A DNA stretch of 64,000 bases from Bugula neritina (GCA_964035545.1 OZ037770.1:1860001-1924000), one strand, 5' to 3'. Positions 22,472 to 36,635 are shown, counted from the first letter of the stretch. Numbers and translations are program-made. Notes: a model not told the origin generated them from the letters alone.

Positions 22472-22528
22472 CTCTTCTTCTGGTTCTTCTGCAATTTCTG
22501 CTTCAAACGCCATTTCCCTTCCCAATCT
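22472..22528 (-). CDS. Host exon (RLGREMAFEAEIAEEPEEE)
   Basis: 57 bp with canonical splice sites; twin of 21327-21383. Confidence 0.62.
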
Positions 22529-22622
22529 CTGAAATATTTGATGAAAAAATTTTTTTTGCACAATAATATTTTACATGCTACTCAACAGTTAGAAAATGTT
22601 TTTCATATAAAGTAACACAAAC

Positions 22623-22718
22623 CTCTTCTTCATTTTCCTTTTGTTGATGATAAGGATCATGAAGAGTTTGACACGCAGTACTGTATATCATATAACTTCC
22701 ATCATCACAAACTTCAAC
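22623..22718 (-). CDS. Host exon (VEVCDDGSYMIYSTACQTLHDPYHQQKENEEE)
   Basis: 96 bp, atag acceptor, gtttgt donor, phase 0-0; short intron to the 57-bp exon. Confidence 0.6.
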
Positions 22719-24735
22719 CTATATTTTGAGCAAATAAAATTTAATTTATATAAGTACTTTTGACATAAATTCTTGTATTAAACATATTTACTAAACTATG
22801 AGCAAATAATTATTTCACAACATACATAGCACTTAAAGTATTAGTTTATAGAAGTTTTCTACTAATTACATGTAGATATACACCACAGGGGTATGGAGTT
22901 TCAAATCATCAAAAATTCACTACCCCATTATTTTATCCCATTATGCTTTTTCATATTCTCACAAAACATTCTCATGGGTCTTTAGTTTGCTTTGATGTCC
23001 TCATCATTCATGCTCTTAGCTAAGTTTATTATTTAGTTTCATACTCTTATTATTTATTCCCATACCATTATTGATCTTTCTGCTATGCTTTATAACATTT
23101 GGTACCATACTACTCTTATGCCCTCTCATATACCTAGAATGTTTTATTCTTGTACCCCTAGTCTGACTCTGATACCCATGTATGTCTTTACAATTGGTTT
23201 GAGTGTGTACTAGTCTACAGATTTACCAGACTGATGAATAGGCTTAGCTTTGTTATCAACTTTGTGTCTGTAACTACAATGGCACAAAGAGCAACAATAT
23301 AATGTTGATTGCACGCCTTTGTTTAGTGAGCCATTCTCCATTCATACGTATCAACCAAGTGAATGAACAAGTTATACCAAAAATATGGCAGCCAGATTTG
23401 CATTTTAATGTTTTATAAAAATATATTTATATGGCATTAACGCGTTTACAGATCATCAACTATTTATGGTAAAAATTAGGATTAAAATTAAATTTCATGT
23501 ATTTTTCTCTATTGTGGTACAATGACTTTGGCTACTACAAAATAACTATTTTTTAAGCTGTTATAACGCTCAGCGTCTTCTATTATTATTATATTTTTCT
23601 TTCAGTCTGCAATAATAAACATGCATCTATAATAAAACACAGCAGCCACTTTGAACCACTCCAAAATAAGTTTAGGTATTCAGTTGTTTTAGTTGACAGC
23701 TACATTATAGATTGTTTGTTGATAGCACTTCTCTTTTAAAATGAAAAGGCATGTGAAACTATTAGCATCAATGTGACTAACATAACATATGTTATGTTGA
23801 ATGCTTGGACTTGCTATGTCCTTCCATTCGAAGGAAAAGAGCGTTTATGATTGTGGTTCTGGTATGATCAGAGTTATGACATCATAGCTCTTTGTACGAT
23901 TGTAGCTTTTAGATAGTTGTGAACTGAATGCGCATGTGAACAGCTGTCTGGGGTATTGTGATTCTAGCATGAGCCTAGTAAGTTGGGGAAATATTGCACC
24001 AATTTTGTGCAACACCCCTCAATATATCACACAAAATGATTGCATTTGAAAATAATATGTTTGCATATTTAATGAAGCCACAATAATATTAGGCTTATGC
24101 TTTATGCAAACCACATGATGCTATGGAAGTGGAAACACAGTGAGTAGGTGTATTGATGTGAATTTATGCTTTCACTAATTAGGGTTTATTTAAAGCTGAA
24201 GCAATACTGCCAGGTTAGAGTAATAAAGAGTTTATTTAAGCGAATAATACACAGGTTCTTAACTACTACTTAAAAATAAAAAAATTGCATAATTAACGAT
24301 AACAGAAACACAGCCGAGCTAATCCACTGCTGCTATATCCAACTGCGGTTATACAAGCGTGCTGTCAATCAACTAGCTTATTAGTCACATGCAGTTGTAT
24401 CGTGAACTATCCAGCCGCGATGCAAGTGTTAGTAGACATTGTACTAGGCTAGATACATTGCCTCGTGGAATACTATAGCGGGACACACTTGGAGTTGCCT
24501 GTCGAAATACAATAATGCAAAACTCCTACACTCCCCGGACCTATCAAAAGGCACACTGATTGCAAGGCTCCTGGAAGACTATAGGTAGGAGATCCAGACT
24601 CTGGATCACTGTGGCAGTATGGAGGGTAATCCAGGTTCCAGACAGGAACGACAAAAAAGTAGCGAGTGTCCTTGTCGGCGCGTAATTAGCGAATCGCAAA
24701 AGATACAAATAACGAGAAGAATAATAAAATCATAG

Positions 24736-25142
24736 TGTGATAGATTTTAGTGGTGCAATCATTATTGGTATTAATCGAAAAGGTTCACTCTATACTGTTT
24801 ATTATATTGTGAGTTCGACTACATCGGCATGTAGCTATGGACAGCAGTGGCACCACTAGTAACCACCAATCAGGACAGACACACTAATTGATAGCAGGTG
24901 GAGCTAGCTACTCGTAGTTGCAGTGCGCTGAGTAGCTAGCCGGCAGAGCAGCTTGGGACTTCATTTAGAGTAGTTGTGTATTAAAGCTCACTAATTATGT
25001 AACCGTTTCTATTCATGTTAGCAGTAAATAACTTTCTTGTATTCGTGTAAATAATAAAGTTATCTTAGCGTAAACAACTTGGTGTAGTGGCTTTGTTTAA
25101 GTTGACCCACACATAATATAGTGAACTGCAAAATTCACTACA
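24736..25142 (+). repeat. G4 5' LTR
   Basis: TG...CA direct repeat. Confidence 0.97.
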
Positions 25143-25185
25143 GTGGGATTCCACTTAATACAAATGCTCATAGCCAGGGAGCAAG

Positions 25186-26053
25186 ATGGCCGACGAAGTC
25201 GACGCGCCCAGACAGGAGCCAGCAGCAGTAGAGGAGGATCACATAGGCGGCCCAGCACTGCCTATGGACAGGTACCACTTGCGGGCTCCCATCTTCTCAG
25301 GGGAAGAGGATGTGGAGCAATTCATCACTGAGTTTAGTGATGTGGCGGACATCTGCGGATGGCCGAATAGGGTTACTCTGATCCAGCTGCGGTTATGTCT
25401 GACAGGGCCGGCTAAACCCTATGGGATAAGCCAGAATGTCGGTGACATATTTGAAGCACTACGAGCCCGGTTTGGATTAACCGCTCGAGGTGCTCGCGTG
25501 CAAGTGCAGAGTCTTAGGAGAAATCCTAAGACCAACCTGCGAGAGCATGCTACCGCAGTCGAACGACTGGCACAAGTCGCTTATACCGACTTGCCTGCCG
25601 ACAATCGACAGAGCATAGCACTGGATGCATTTCTCCAGTCTATTAACAACCTCGGGCTGAAACAGCATCTGCTGGTGGCCGAAGTTGAGACTATGGAGAG
25701 AGCTTTAAGGCTTGGGAATGCCTATTTCCAAGCCGACAGTGCAAGTCGACCTGGTGCGACGATACAGCAGGTCGGGGCAGACGACGTGTCGACGTCGCCG
25801 GCGAAGACAGCTGTACAGGTCGCAGCGGCAGCAGCAGACAAATCTACTAGCTTGACCACGAGCTTGATTCGAAAACTGCTAGCCGAGATCAGGCAATTGC
25901 GCCAGCAGTTGACAGCCGAGAGACCCAGGAGGTCTCGGTAGCTGTCGACGACAGGCGCGGCCTCGTATGCTGGGGCTGTGGTAGTGGTGGGCACTTCATA
26001 CAAAGTTGCCCCGCGGCAGTGGGAGGCGGTTACACAGCGATGGCCCACGGTAA
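25186..26053 (+). pseudogene. gag: G4 gag (frameshift before the CCHC knuckle)
   Basis: ORF 25186-25941, then CWGCGSGGHFIQSC in another frame. Confidence 0.88.
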
Positions 26054-29000
26054 CTTCCGCCGACCGTGGGCCCCAGTTTAACCCCCCAAGGCAGAGGCCA
26101 AGGCCCAAACCCCAACGGGTGAGGAGGCCGCCTTCGCCAGAGTGGCAAGCCCCAAGGAGAGTGAGTAAGGTCGCAAGGCCCACCAAAACCTCCGGCTTGG
26201 GCACTCAAAAACCGCCTTGAAGGTTTGCTTGATGAGAGAGTGAACGACGAGTGGGAGCAAAACAGGGATTTTCCTCGGTTGCCCACACGAGCATCAGTCC
26301 GAGAATTCACTCGGCCGCCCGAGACCGAGACGTACCCTGCCTGCCCATGCAACGTTGACGACCCCCTCGCAACCGAAAAGCACAGGTGCATCCCCAACTC
26401 CATGCACATGAGGTGTCGCCTCAAGAGACGAACCGCTCAGTGAGCGCTCAGCCATATGGAAGCAGCTATTTCCTCCCCGACAAACTTGCTGGCAAAGCTG
26501 TCACATTCCTGTTGGATACTGGGTGCACCACAAACCTACTGAGTCGGCGTCTATTCGACACTCTCAGTGCAAGGGACAGGGCTAGCCTAGAACCATATGA
26601 AGGGGAGCACGGCCCGTTGGCGGACGGGTCGTGTATTCCTTTCTATGGGGTAATCCAGTTGACTGGTAGAGTCCGTGATCAGACGATCAGTGAGACCTTC
26701 ATCGTCAGTCAACTCAAGGAGGATGCCATCTTGGGCATGCCATTTCTGAAGCGACACAGGTGCTACATCGACTTTAGCAAGTCGGCAGTAGTGACGGCCG
26801 GGCGTGAGCTGGCCTGTGTCGACCGATTTGGCCGACCCTTGGTGGGGGGAGTGCAGGTGGTACAGCGCTGTACTGTACTTGGGCGCTCCCGGGCTACAGT
26901 TCGCTGCAGAGTGAACTGTAGGGAAATCTCCGAGCTCGGAGTGGTGGAAGGTGCACTGGGGGCGTCCAGCTCGCTAACAGTCTGAATAGGCTGGATGAGC
27001 GGGGGGAGTTCCTGGTCCAGTGCGTAAACCCTTTCACGGAGCCGGTAGAATTACCGGCTGGGTCTCTAGTAGGGAAGTTCCACTCCGTACAGGAGGAGGA
27101 TGTAGGGCCCGCGCTGGAAACAGCGGACGACGCCCGGGGAGTACCCACTAGAGACGGCAGGGGCCGGTGCCTGAACACGTAGCAGAGTTGTACGAGGATG
27201 CCTGCGATGGCTGTGAGAGCAAGCGAGAACGCCTGGTGATGGCGCGGCTACTCTCTGAGTACAAGGACGTGTTTAGTTGCGGCGACCACGACATGGGTCT
27301 GACTAAGACCGTCTGTCATGAGATACCCCTGGCGGCGGGGACGGCGCCCATTCGGCAGCCGACCCGCCGGTTAGGTCCTGAGAAGGAGAGAGAAGTGAGC
27401 CTTCAGGTGCAAGACTTTCTGAACCGGGACCTGATTGAGCCAGGCCATGGGGCCTGGAGTTCTCCAGTCGTCCTGGTTTAGAAAAATAATGGTAGCTGGA
27501 GGTTTTGCGTTGACTATCGCAGGCTGAACAGCGTGACCATCCAGGACGCTTACCCTCTCCCGAGGATCGATGAGTTGCTCGATGCCTTAGCTGGTAGCAA
27601 GTTCTTCAGCACGTTGGACTTGCTAAGCGGGTATTGGCAGGTGCCCTTGAGTCCTGAAGCACAAGACAAGGCCGCGTTTATAACGCGGGATGGGCTCTGG
27701 AAATGGAAGGTGTTGCCATTCGGACTTACGTCCGCACCGGCCACTTTCCAGCGACTCATGAAGCAGGTCCTGAGTGAGCTGCACTGGAAGACCTTGCTCA
27801 TCTATCTCGATGATGTCATTGTCATCTCCCCCGACTTCGACACATATGTCAGTCGACTCAGGGAGGTGTTTGACAGGCTTCGAGCTGCGGGCCTGAAGCT
27901 CAAGCCCTCGAAGTGTGCATTACTGCAAGGCGAGGTTAAGTACCTGGGCCATGTAGTTGGTCGAGACGGGGTCGCCACCGACCCCGAGAAGGTACGGGCT
28001 GTGAGGGACTGGGCCGTCCCTGTCGACCTCCCTGAATTGCAGGCATTCCTGGGGCTGGTAGGGTACTATCGTCAGAACATACCAGACTTCGCCGGAATTG
28101 CACAGCCGTTAAATCGGCTGACAGCAAAGGGGGTGCGATGGCAGTGGACGCAGGCTGAGCAGAAGGCATTTGACCACCTGAAGGATCGCCTAGTGGAAGC
28201 ACCCATCTTGACGTATCCTGACCCTGCGAAGGAGTACATTTTGGATACTGATGCCAGTAACCATAATGTGGGGGCTGTGCTATCGCAGGTCCAAGATGGT
28301 CGCGAGGTGGTGGTGGCTTACTATAGCAAGGCCCTGTTGGCGCCTGAGAAGAACTACTGTACAACCAGGAGGGAACTCTTGGCAGTAGTCAAGGCGGTCA
28401 AACACTTTAGACCATATCTATATGGGCGTACATTCCGGCTTCGGACAGATCATGCGTCTTTGATATGGCTGTGTCGACGGGCAGAACCATCAAGCCAAGT
28501 AGTGCGCTGGCTAGAGATCCTGGCAGAGTTTTCTTATCGGATCGAGCATCGACCCGGTAAGAAACACGGTAATGCCAATAGAACCAGCCGCCGCCAGGCA
28601 GATGGGTGTAAGCAGTGCCAGAATATTGAGCGCATGGACGGTGGACCCCCTCGCTCGGACGTTGAAGCGCAGTTGGGGAAAGCGGGTGTGTACAGCTGGG
28701 AAGAAGGGCAACTCCTGTCCGAATCTCCTAACAAAGCTGTTAACAACCTTCACGCAAACCCCACGTTGCTAAGGAACGTCAGGGAGCTATGTTGGCTCCA
28801 GACTACGCTACCAGGGGTGGTAGCTGACCTAGTCCGGGCCAAGAAGGAGGGACAGCGGCCGAGTGAGGCCGAACAGCGAGTGAGGAGTGCTGAGTTTAAG
28901 TACTTCTGTGACCGCTAGGACTCCCTCAGGTTCAACAGTGATGGGCTGCTAATGATTATGTTGGCAGCCGGCACCAATCGCAGTGAACGAGAGAGGGTAG

Positions 29001-30552
29001 TCTGCCCGTCCGCTCTGAGGCGGGAGTTGATCTGGGACACCCATAAGCAAGCTCACGCAGGAGCTAGCCGGGTGACTAGGTTTCTTCAACTCCAGTGGTT
29101 TTGGCCCGGTATGACCCGGGATGTCTGACTCCGGGTGCGGAAGTGCGAGGTGTGCCAAGCTAGCAAGCATGGCCGCCCCACTGAGACCGCAGGGAGGCGT
29201 CGCCTCCATGCCGGTCGTCCGTGGCAGGTAGTTGCTGTCGATCTGGTAGGCCCCATGCCCACAACAGCGAGAGGTAATAACTGGATACTGGTATTCACTG
29301 ACCATTTCACGCAGTGGGCTGATGCACTGGCTATTCCAGATGCGTCGGCCCCCTCGGTGGCCAGAGCCTTGGACCAGCAGGTGTTCTGCTATTTCGGCTT
29401 GCCGGAGCAGATACACTCTGATCAAGGCGCCCAGTTTCAGTCGCAACTCATGAGCAATCTCTGTAAAGTGTGGGGGGTAAACCAGAGTCGGACAACCCCG
29501 TATCACCCGCAAGGGAACGGGGTTGTGGAGCGGAACAACCGAATGCTAGGGGACTCTCTGAGAAGCCTGCTTATCGGTAGGAGCCAGGAAGAGTGGGACT
29601 TAGTGTTGCCGCAGATCATGCGAGCGTGCCGTAGTACCTCTCACTCCAGTACACTGGATACCCCTAATTTTCTCATGCTGGGGAGAGAAACCAGGGTTCC
29701 TGAGCACGTAACCTATCATGTTCTGACTCCCGAGAGCAATGTCCGCGACTACATGGACAAGCTCATAAAACGCATGGGGACGGCTCACGAGGTGCTACGT
29801 GAGCAGCAGTGGCAGGTCAGAAGTGGTGACTCTGACGACCCACCTTTACACAAGGTGGGGGACTGGGTCTGGATGACCAGTCATCGCCGAAGGCGCGGAC
29901 AGGCAGCCAAGTTGCAGCCGAAGTTCGTAGGTCCCTACTGCGTAATTGAGGTAATGCCAAATTACACCTATAAAGTGGAACGGTCTGGGCAAGTGTCGAT
30001 CCAGAACGAGGCACGGCTAAACCTCACTGGGCAAGTCCTGATGCGGCAGGTCAAGCACCTCCTCTCTTAGCACCTGCTAGATGCCCTCCTATGAGGGGGC
30101 GAGGCATGGCGTATCGAGAGATTGAGGAGATACTGCCAGACCAGGGCGGGGCGGCTGATGCGTCGGCCGACCAGCCCCAGCCTCCTCCACCCCAGGAGGA
30201 GGAGGCCGACACACCTGAAGACCTGTCAGAGCCGGCCCCACCACCTTTGGAGCCGGTCGACAGGCCCATCGTCCCGGATGAGATGGAAATTCCTCAAAAT
30301 CATGAGGAAGAGGCAGCTGGGGGAGGACCACCCGTACTGGTGGACCCCCCCGTACTGGCGACACCACCCGTAGTGGAAGAGTCACCAGTCGTAGCAAATT
30401 CCCCAGTGCAGTTGGAGCGTAGGCAACGCACTAGGGCGCCTCCATCTTATTTAAAAGATTTCTTGTGTGATGCAGTGGAAAAACATCCATCAGCTATCAT
30501 AAAAGAAGTCTGGGGGGGACGAGCAATTGAGAGTTGCGTTTCCGAGATATAA
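26030..30552 (+). pseudogene. pol: G4 pol (PR-RT-RH-IN) with several stops and frameshifts
   Basis: LLDTGC, YLDDVI, DTDAS, HKQAH..CEVC, VDLVGP, HSDQG, VERNN, VGPY; stops at about 26218, 27479, 28916 and 29126. Confidence 0.93.
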
Positions 30553-31935
30553 GGAGACACAATTGTGAGTTGCCTACCCAGTGGTGTAATATAAAACACT
30601 ACCGGGGGTAAGAAAAGAGCGAAGCCAGCTCGCTAGTGAAAAGGGTATTATACAATCACTTTCACTGCGAAGAGCGTTCTTTTCTAATTCAACTGCCAAG
30701 GTGCACGCATGTACTTGGCAGGCCGGCGTACTACGTAGCCTAAGTGGGCAGCAGACTATAGTCAGGGCTGTCTTATGGTAAGTCTACTAGTATAATTCTA
30801 TTATTTAAGTAGAATTCAAGCTGGTAGCTTTAAATCAGTCTCGCTTCATCATAACGATAAAGTTGGTTTCCCAAGTCAGGTGATTCACTGACGACTTCAG
30901 TGGGGCGGTCGGCCACATGATTTATTATTAATCAGTGGTTAGTAGATTGCGAGACTCAGTCGAGGTGTCGTACTGACAGGTGCAAACCCCTTCAACAGTT
31001 GCTGGCATTCTGTTGCAGGTGAGACTTTAATGGCGGGGCATAATTCTTTCTCCTGGCACCACCGTAGCGCAGTCACATCATTCATCACATTCTTGTCGAC
31101 TAGATGCTGGCTGCTTGACTCGATTCCTGTAGCGACATAACAGCAATGCTGATGATTGTCATAGCAGATAGTGCCCTCACTATGACGAAGTACAAGAAAC
31201 AATTGACAGAGGAGTTCTTCCCTTTTTCTCGTCCTAGCGACAACGTATCAATGTAACATTATATTAAGAGGAATACCGTTAAGCAGAGTAGTTCTTCCCT
31301 CTCCTCTCCTGGCAACGTAGGCAGAGTAGTTCCTCTCTTTTCTTGCCCGTGGCTACATCCTAATCATAAAACTGTATAAAATAATAAGAAGAAGAAGTAA
31401 TATTAAAGATTCCTGCATGAAGTTAGAAAGTAAACATAAAAGTCAAGATGAAGAAGTCTTCCCTTTCCTCCTCTTGGGAATTCGACGGTGATGAGTGTGG
31501 ATGTTGGTATTCTACACGACCCTCTAGAAAGAGACCAGTCAACCCCCTCCATCTCCCCCCCTTTGGGGAGATTCCTTTGTACTCCCCAACCCCCTTTCCT
31601 CTCTCCCCTTGGAGAGATTCCTTTGCCACGCTTGATTCTTCTGGGGACCTCTCGACCCCCATTGCTTGGCTCCGACTATGTGAGTGTGATGCAGTACATT
31701 TTACATCTCCTTCCCCCACGTTATGTTCATGCTGTCCTACATTATTTAGTGAGAGACCCTCTACCCTGTGACGGACCCAGACCGATCGTTTTACAATATG
31801 GAAATCATTTTGAATACATATTTTGTGTTCTCTCATTCCTGTTGTTTGTTTTTCGTCTTTTATTTTATTTTATTTCATTTTATGTTGTCATGCAAGCATC
31901 AATCATAGAGTGTACTTTTCGATAGGTGTGGCGAG

Positions 31936-32342
31936 TGTGATAGATTTTAGTGGTGCAATCATTATTGGTATTACACGAAAAGGTTCACTCTATACTGTTT
32001 ATTATATTGTGAGTTCGACTACATCGGCATGTAGCTATGGACAGCAGTGGCACCACTAGTAACCACCAATCAGGACAGACACACTAATTGATAGCAGGTG
32101 GAGCTAGCTACTCGTAGTTGCAGTGCGCTGAGTAGCTAGCCGGCAGAGCAGCTTGGGACTTCATTTAGAGTAGTTGTGTATTAAAGCTCACTAATTATGT
32201 AACCGTTTCTATTCATGTTAGCAGTAAATAACCTTCTTGTATTCGTGTAAATAATAAAGTTATCTTAGCGTAAACAACCTGGTGTAGTGGCTTTGTTTAA
32301 GTTGACCCACACATAATATAGTGAACTGCAAAATTCACTACA
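31936..32342 (+). repeat. G4 3' LTR
   Basis: Direct repeat of 24736-25142. Confidence 0.97.
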
Positions 32343-35300
32343 ATAGGCACAGTTAGTCTAAGGTCATAGCTTTCCTTATATATAAACGGTTTCCAGAAGA
32401 TAGATTGAACAGTTTTTGTCTCACATTACCAAACTATACATGAAAAGATAGCTCTCGCATTTCTCTTCCGTATATTTTTTTATTTGTTTAAAAGAAAGTT
32501 TTCTGATAAAGTTGCTACACAATGAGTAAAACGTCACACCTTCCATGTTCCACTGCTGCAGCGTAAGGGATTAACTTTATTAAGTCTAAAATCCAAACTT
32601 GACGTTCATTGCTATGTTTTCTCTAATATACTTGATTTGTTTTTTCGAAAATCAGTTTATGCTCTTTGAAATTTGGTTAAAATGTACATCATTTTGCAAG
32701 TTTCATTGCAATTTTCTAGATTCTTTATATGGTGGTTCTAGCTACGCTCCTGTGAATAATTATAACATTCCTAGTACATTTGCTGCTCCGCAGCTATCAC
32801 AAAAACATAGTACCCTCTTGCACAAACTGACAGTCTATTGAAATTCTGCCAATATAATGTTCCCATTTTACATCAGCACTTAGCTGCATCTTCTCAATAT
32901 GTTACAATATCTATTGAAAATGCTTCGCACAACATAATTATTTGTTTGGCAGAGTTAATTTCAGCTAAATCTGCTACCCACTTCACTTTGCAGTCTTGTC
33001 AGTAAAGGTCTGTCTATAGTGCAGCAGGTGTACTTTCAGTTTCTCTAATTCGCATAATTATGATTATTTTAAGTACATTGTATTCCGTAAAATCAATTTA
33101 AGGTTTATCGCAGTGTTCAGTATCTAATTAGTATAATGCATGTATGTTGTCCAACTGTTTAATAATAATAGCATACTACTATATGAGTAACTATCATTAC
33201 ATAAATATTTGGAGACGAAAATGGGTTACAATTATTTGGCTGTCAATTCATGTTGACTAGCAGTGGCTAGCTATTTTTATGAACTGTTGCAATAGGCTCA
33301 GATGACGTTGATGATCATGGCAGCTGAGGTTACTAGCAAAGCTAATGGGTTTGAATAAATAACACAAAAGTTTAAAAAATAAGTAGCTTGCATATTACTA
33401 GCTACAAAAACAGGTCTGAAATAGACTGGTAAAGCATGCTCTTGTCTGTTAGAGTATATGCAGTTGTGCTTCAAAATATAACCTAAACTGTATGCTATTG
33501 CATAAGTATTTGTATGCAAAAGAGTAATATTGAGTTTTTGGAAAACAGCATACTTGAAGTAAACTTTGACAAGGGTGTGTTATTTTCATCTTACAATATC
33601 ACTCGTAGGGCCTATGGCATAACTCTCTAACCATATCAATCTTTATGAAGCCCACAGCTCTGTAAAGTAAATTGAAACTAAAAATTTTGTTGCTACATTG
33701 TGTTTATGGAAAGTTATGGAGAAATATTTGGTTTATGTAGCCTACCCGAGGCATTTTACATTGCAGCCCATATGCTAGCAGTTGTAATAAGTGCTCACAA
33801 TAGCAACAGCTAGTTCTGTGCAGTATGTGACCTTTTGAATATATAATTGAGCCAATTTTGAACTATTGGAAGTTTGCCATGTTATCATATTGCCACCAGC
33901 TACCGGAGACAAAGCATTGCAGCTATTCATATGTTAGTGTAGGGCCACGCGACATGTTTTGCGAGAAATCCCGTATAGCCCAAAAATTGGACGTAGTGAG
34001 TGAGATTTTTTTGCATCTAACATGCTGAGGGAGAAGTGCGAGGACGCTCGTGCTTGTTTGATCTAATTGGCTTATTATTAATTAGCGAGCACACTTTTTT
34101 TATTTCAATTTCCGTTTTAGCTTACAGCGAACTGAATTAAAACAGTTTTATATAATTTGCATTTCAGCTTTTATAATATAAAGCCACTTTGCCAATGACG
34201 TAGTTTTACAAACAAACGTCTGTAGGCAAGCAGCAAAATTTAACGCTAACATCATTAGCTAATAAATTGTTGTACTCGCAACACACGCATTTTAAAATCT
34301 CAATACTTGTCTAGCTAAGATTAAAACTTTCCATCTTGAATGTTTCACTTAGGCAAGCATAGTGTCGGTCAGTCAGTCTAACTAGAGTTACTAGACACAT
34401 CTTTTTCTATTAGTTGCTAAATTTAGAAACATAAAACAGTTGATAATCTTGGCTCTGAGTTGGTATACAAGTCCATGATATCATGCTTGAGTGAACACTG
34501 CGTTAGCAGTTGCCAGCAGTACACAGTAGCCTAGTAGCCCAGTGTTGAACAACAAGATATAGCTCATAGTCAATTTGGACATTCAGCTAGAAGCCATGTA
34601 GGCTTGATTGGACTCTTCAGAGTTTAGACTGTATACAACAGGAAGCAAGTCGAATGTTTATAGCGCAGGCTCACGTTCTAACCTTTTATATATAAGTTCC
34701 AACTCACTTCAATGAGTGTTGATTAATGCTTATACCAGTACCAAAGGGACAACACAAGTACTATAGCTTTATTTATAGAAACTTGCAGCAATCAAATCCT
34801 TTACCCAAACTCAAAGCAGTCGCACAAAATACTGCATATCTGCCCCTTACAGCTACCAATAAATTCTGACACATATAACTATCTTACCTACGCAATTCTC
34901 TTTGCTATGCTTGTAAGCTTTTGGGCCGTCTGTAACTGATAGTAAGAGTCAGAACTAAGAAATCAATTTTAGCTTTTAGTTGGTGCAACTAAAAAATGAT
35001 TTTAATAATAAAGGTATTATTGGTTTAGCGTTAGTCAATAGTATTGAACAGATAAATAATCTAGCCTGAAAACATTATGTTTTGAGAAAAGAGCATCTCT
35101 CTAAACTATTTGTTACACCTGCATATTAATTTATTTAAATAATATCTGCATTATCATTTCAAAAGTTATATAGTCAATAATTATTTCATCAGACTAGCCA
35201 AATAGATAAATATTGAGTAAAAGTATAAACATTTAGCTTGCTTCCAGAATCTGAAATGGTTTTACATTGTTGGTTGAACAGAATTTATGAAAATTATCTT

Positions 35301-35684
35301 TTTTTGTGCATCAAATATATTGTACATGAAATGAACTATGCACTAACCTGTTGTAATAATAATAATAATAATAAGGCGTGCCACGACCACATACTTGCTC
35401 AATAGATAGTGATGATAGTTGCAATGGAAATATAGGTTCAGCCCTAACTAATGTGATGGTTTGTTGGCAATTGTTCAACCTCATGCTAAATTATAACAAG
35501 TAGGCAATAGGCATGCCGCCCACAGAGCAATAGCATATAGGAACTGAGACTAGATTATAAGATGATTTTTTGCTGGGGATGACCTTAACTATGCTGTGAA
35601 AATAACTGTAGTGAAATATATGTTGCAACATAAAACACTACAATAAAATATTGTAGTGGAATTTTACAATAATAGTGTATAACA

Positions 35685-36030
35685 TGTCTAGAGTTGTCTT
35701 TTCAAATTCTTATATTATTTCATTTAGCAGATTACAATCGTGTAAATCGATCTTGTCCGAAAGTCGGAATAGATTTCGATGTCAGGGTTCGATGTCGGAG
35801 TATATTCTGACATCGGACCCTGACTTTCGGATAGGATTGGCAGAAGTTGCTAAAAGGGCTTTGCCCCTGTATATGAAGAGGCAAGCTCACAGAATAGAAA
35901 TTAGTTTAGTCTACCACTGGAGCTCGTAGGACACAAACCTATTTATATACGCTATTTTTGCTACAATAAAGATTTCTTCTCTCGAGATTACAACTTTACC
36001 TTGTTTCTTCTATAATAGAGTTGATACCAC
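35685..36030 (+). repeat. Probable solo LTR related to the G1/G5 family (second copy about 39137-39415)
   Basis: TG start, TATA-like box, block GTCTACCACTGGAGCTCG shared with G1/G5, AATAAA, CA end. Confidence 0.6.
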
Positions 36031-36390
36031 AATTTGGTTTTGACGACAAAATTGGTTTTCAGCACTGTTTAACTAGTTTTTTATAGCATGCGTTAAAATT
36101 ATTTGTAGTTTTATAATACAGAGTTATACTATCATTTAATCAAACTTACCACAAAATCCATAATCAATAAAGTAAGGTCTGCTTGAATTCAAAGTGATAC
36201 TGTGTTTCACTCAGCGTCAGTTTATCAAATATGTGTTAGCATTAGCATGAATCAGCATCAACTGCGTGTTTTATCTCAAAAGCTTCAATAGATAAAAATA
36301 GGTAAGTATTTGCCCAGGCTTTTATTTGATGGCTGATATCTGTCATTGTATAATAAACCTGCATATTTGCATTATCTATATACAAAAGAG

Positions 36391-36456
36391 GTATAAAATT
36401 TCTGATAGGTATTGTAACTTCTATAGAAGTTACAATACCTATCAGAAACTTTATAC
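36391..36456. repeat. 66-bp near-perfect palindrome
   Basis: 33-bp arms, no spacer, 1 mismatch. Confidence 0.92.
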
Positions 36457-36544
36457 ATGATAGCAATGTGAAGAAGTTTTCGATATAGGATGAGCGTTAA
36501 CTGTTACAACATTTCTATCACACTCATCTTCATCTTTATGTATG

Positions 36545-36548
<4 letters not shown>

Positions 36549-36631
<83 letters not shown>
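36549..36631. repeat. (TA)n microsatellite
   Basis: Direct reading. Confidence 0.95.

Positions 36632-36635
<4 letters not shown>

Larger units (their letters stand above)
24736..32342 (+). mobile_element. Gypsy element G4, full length with ATAG target-site duplication, ORFs disrupted
   Basis: 407-bp LTRs 24736-25142 and 31936-32342 with 4 differences; ATAG on both flanks; gag-PR-RT-RH-IN domain order. Confidence 0.97.

Noticed and set aside
24240-24730. GC-richer block that could be an LTR/PBS remnant
   Set aside because: No second copy and no convincing termini or PBS.
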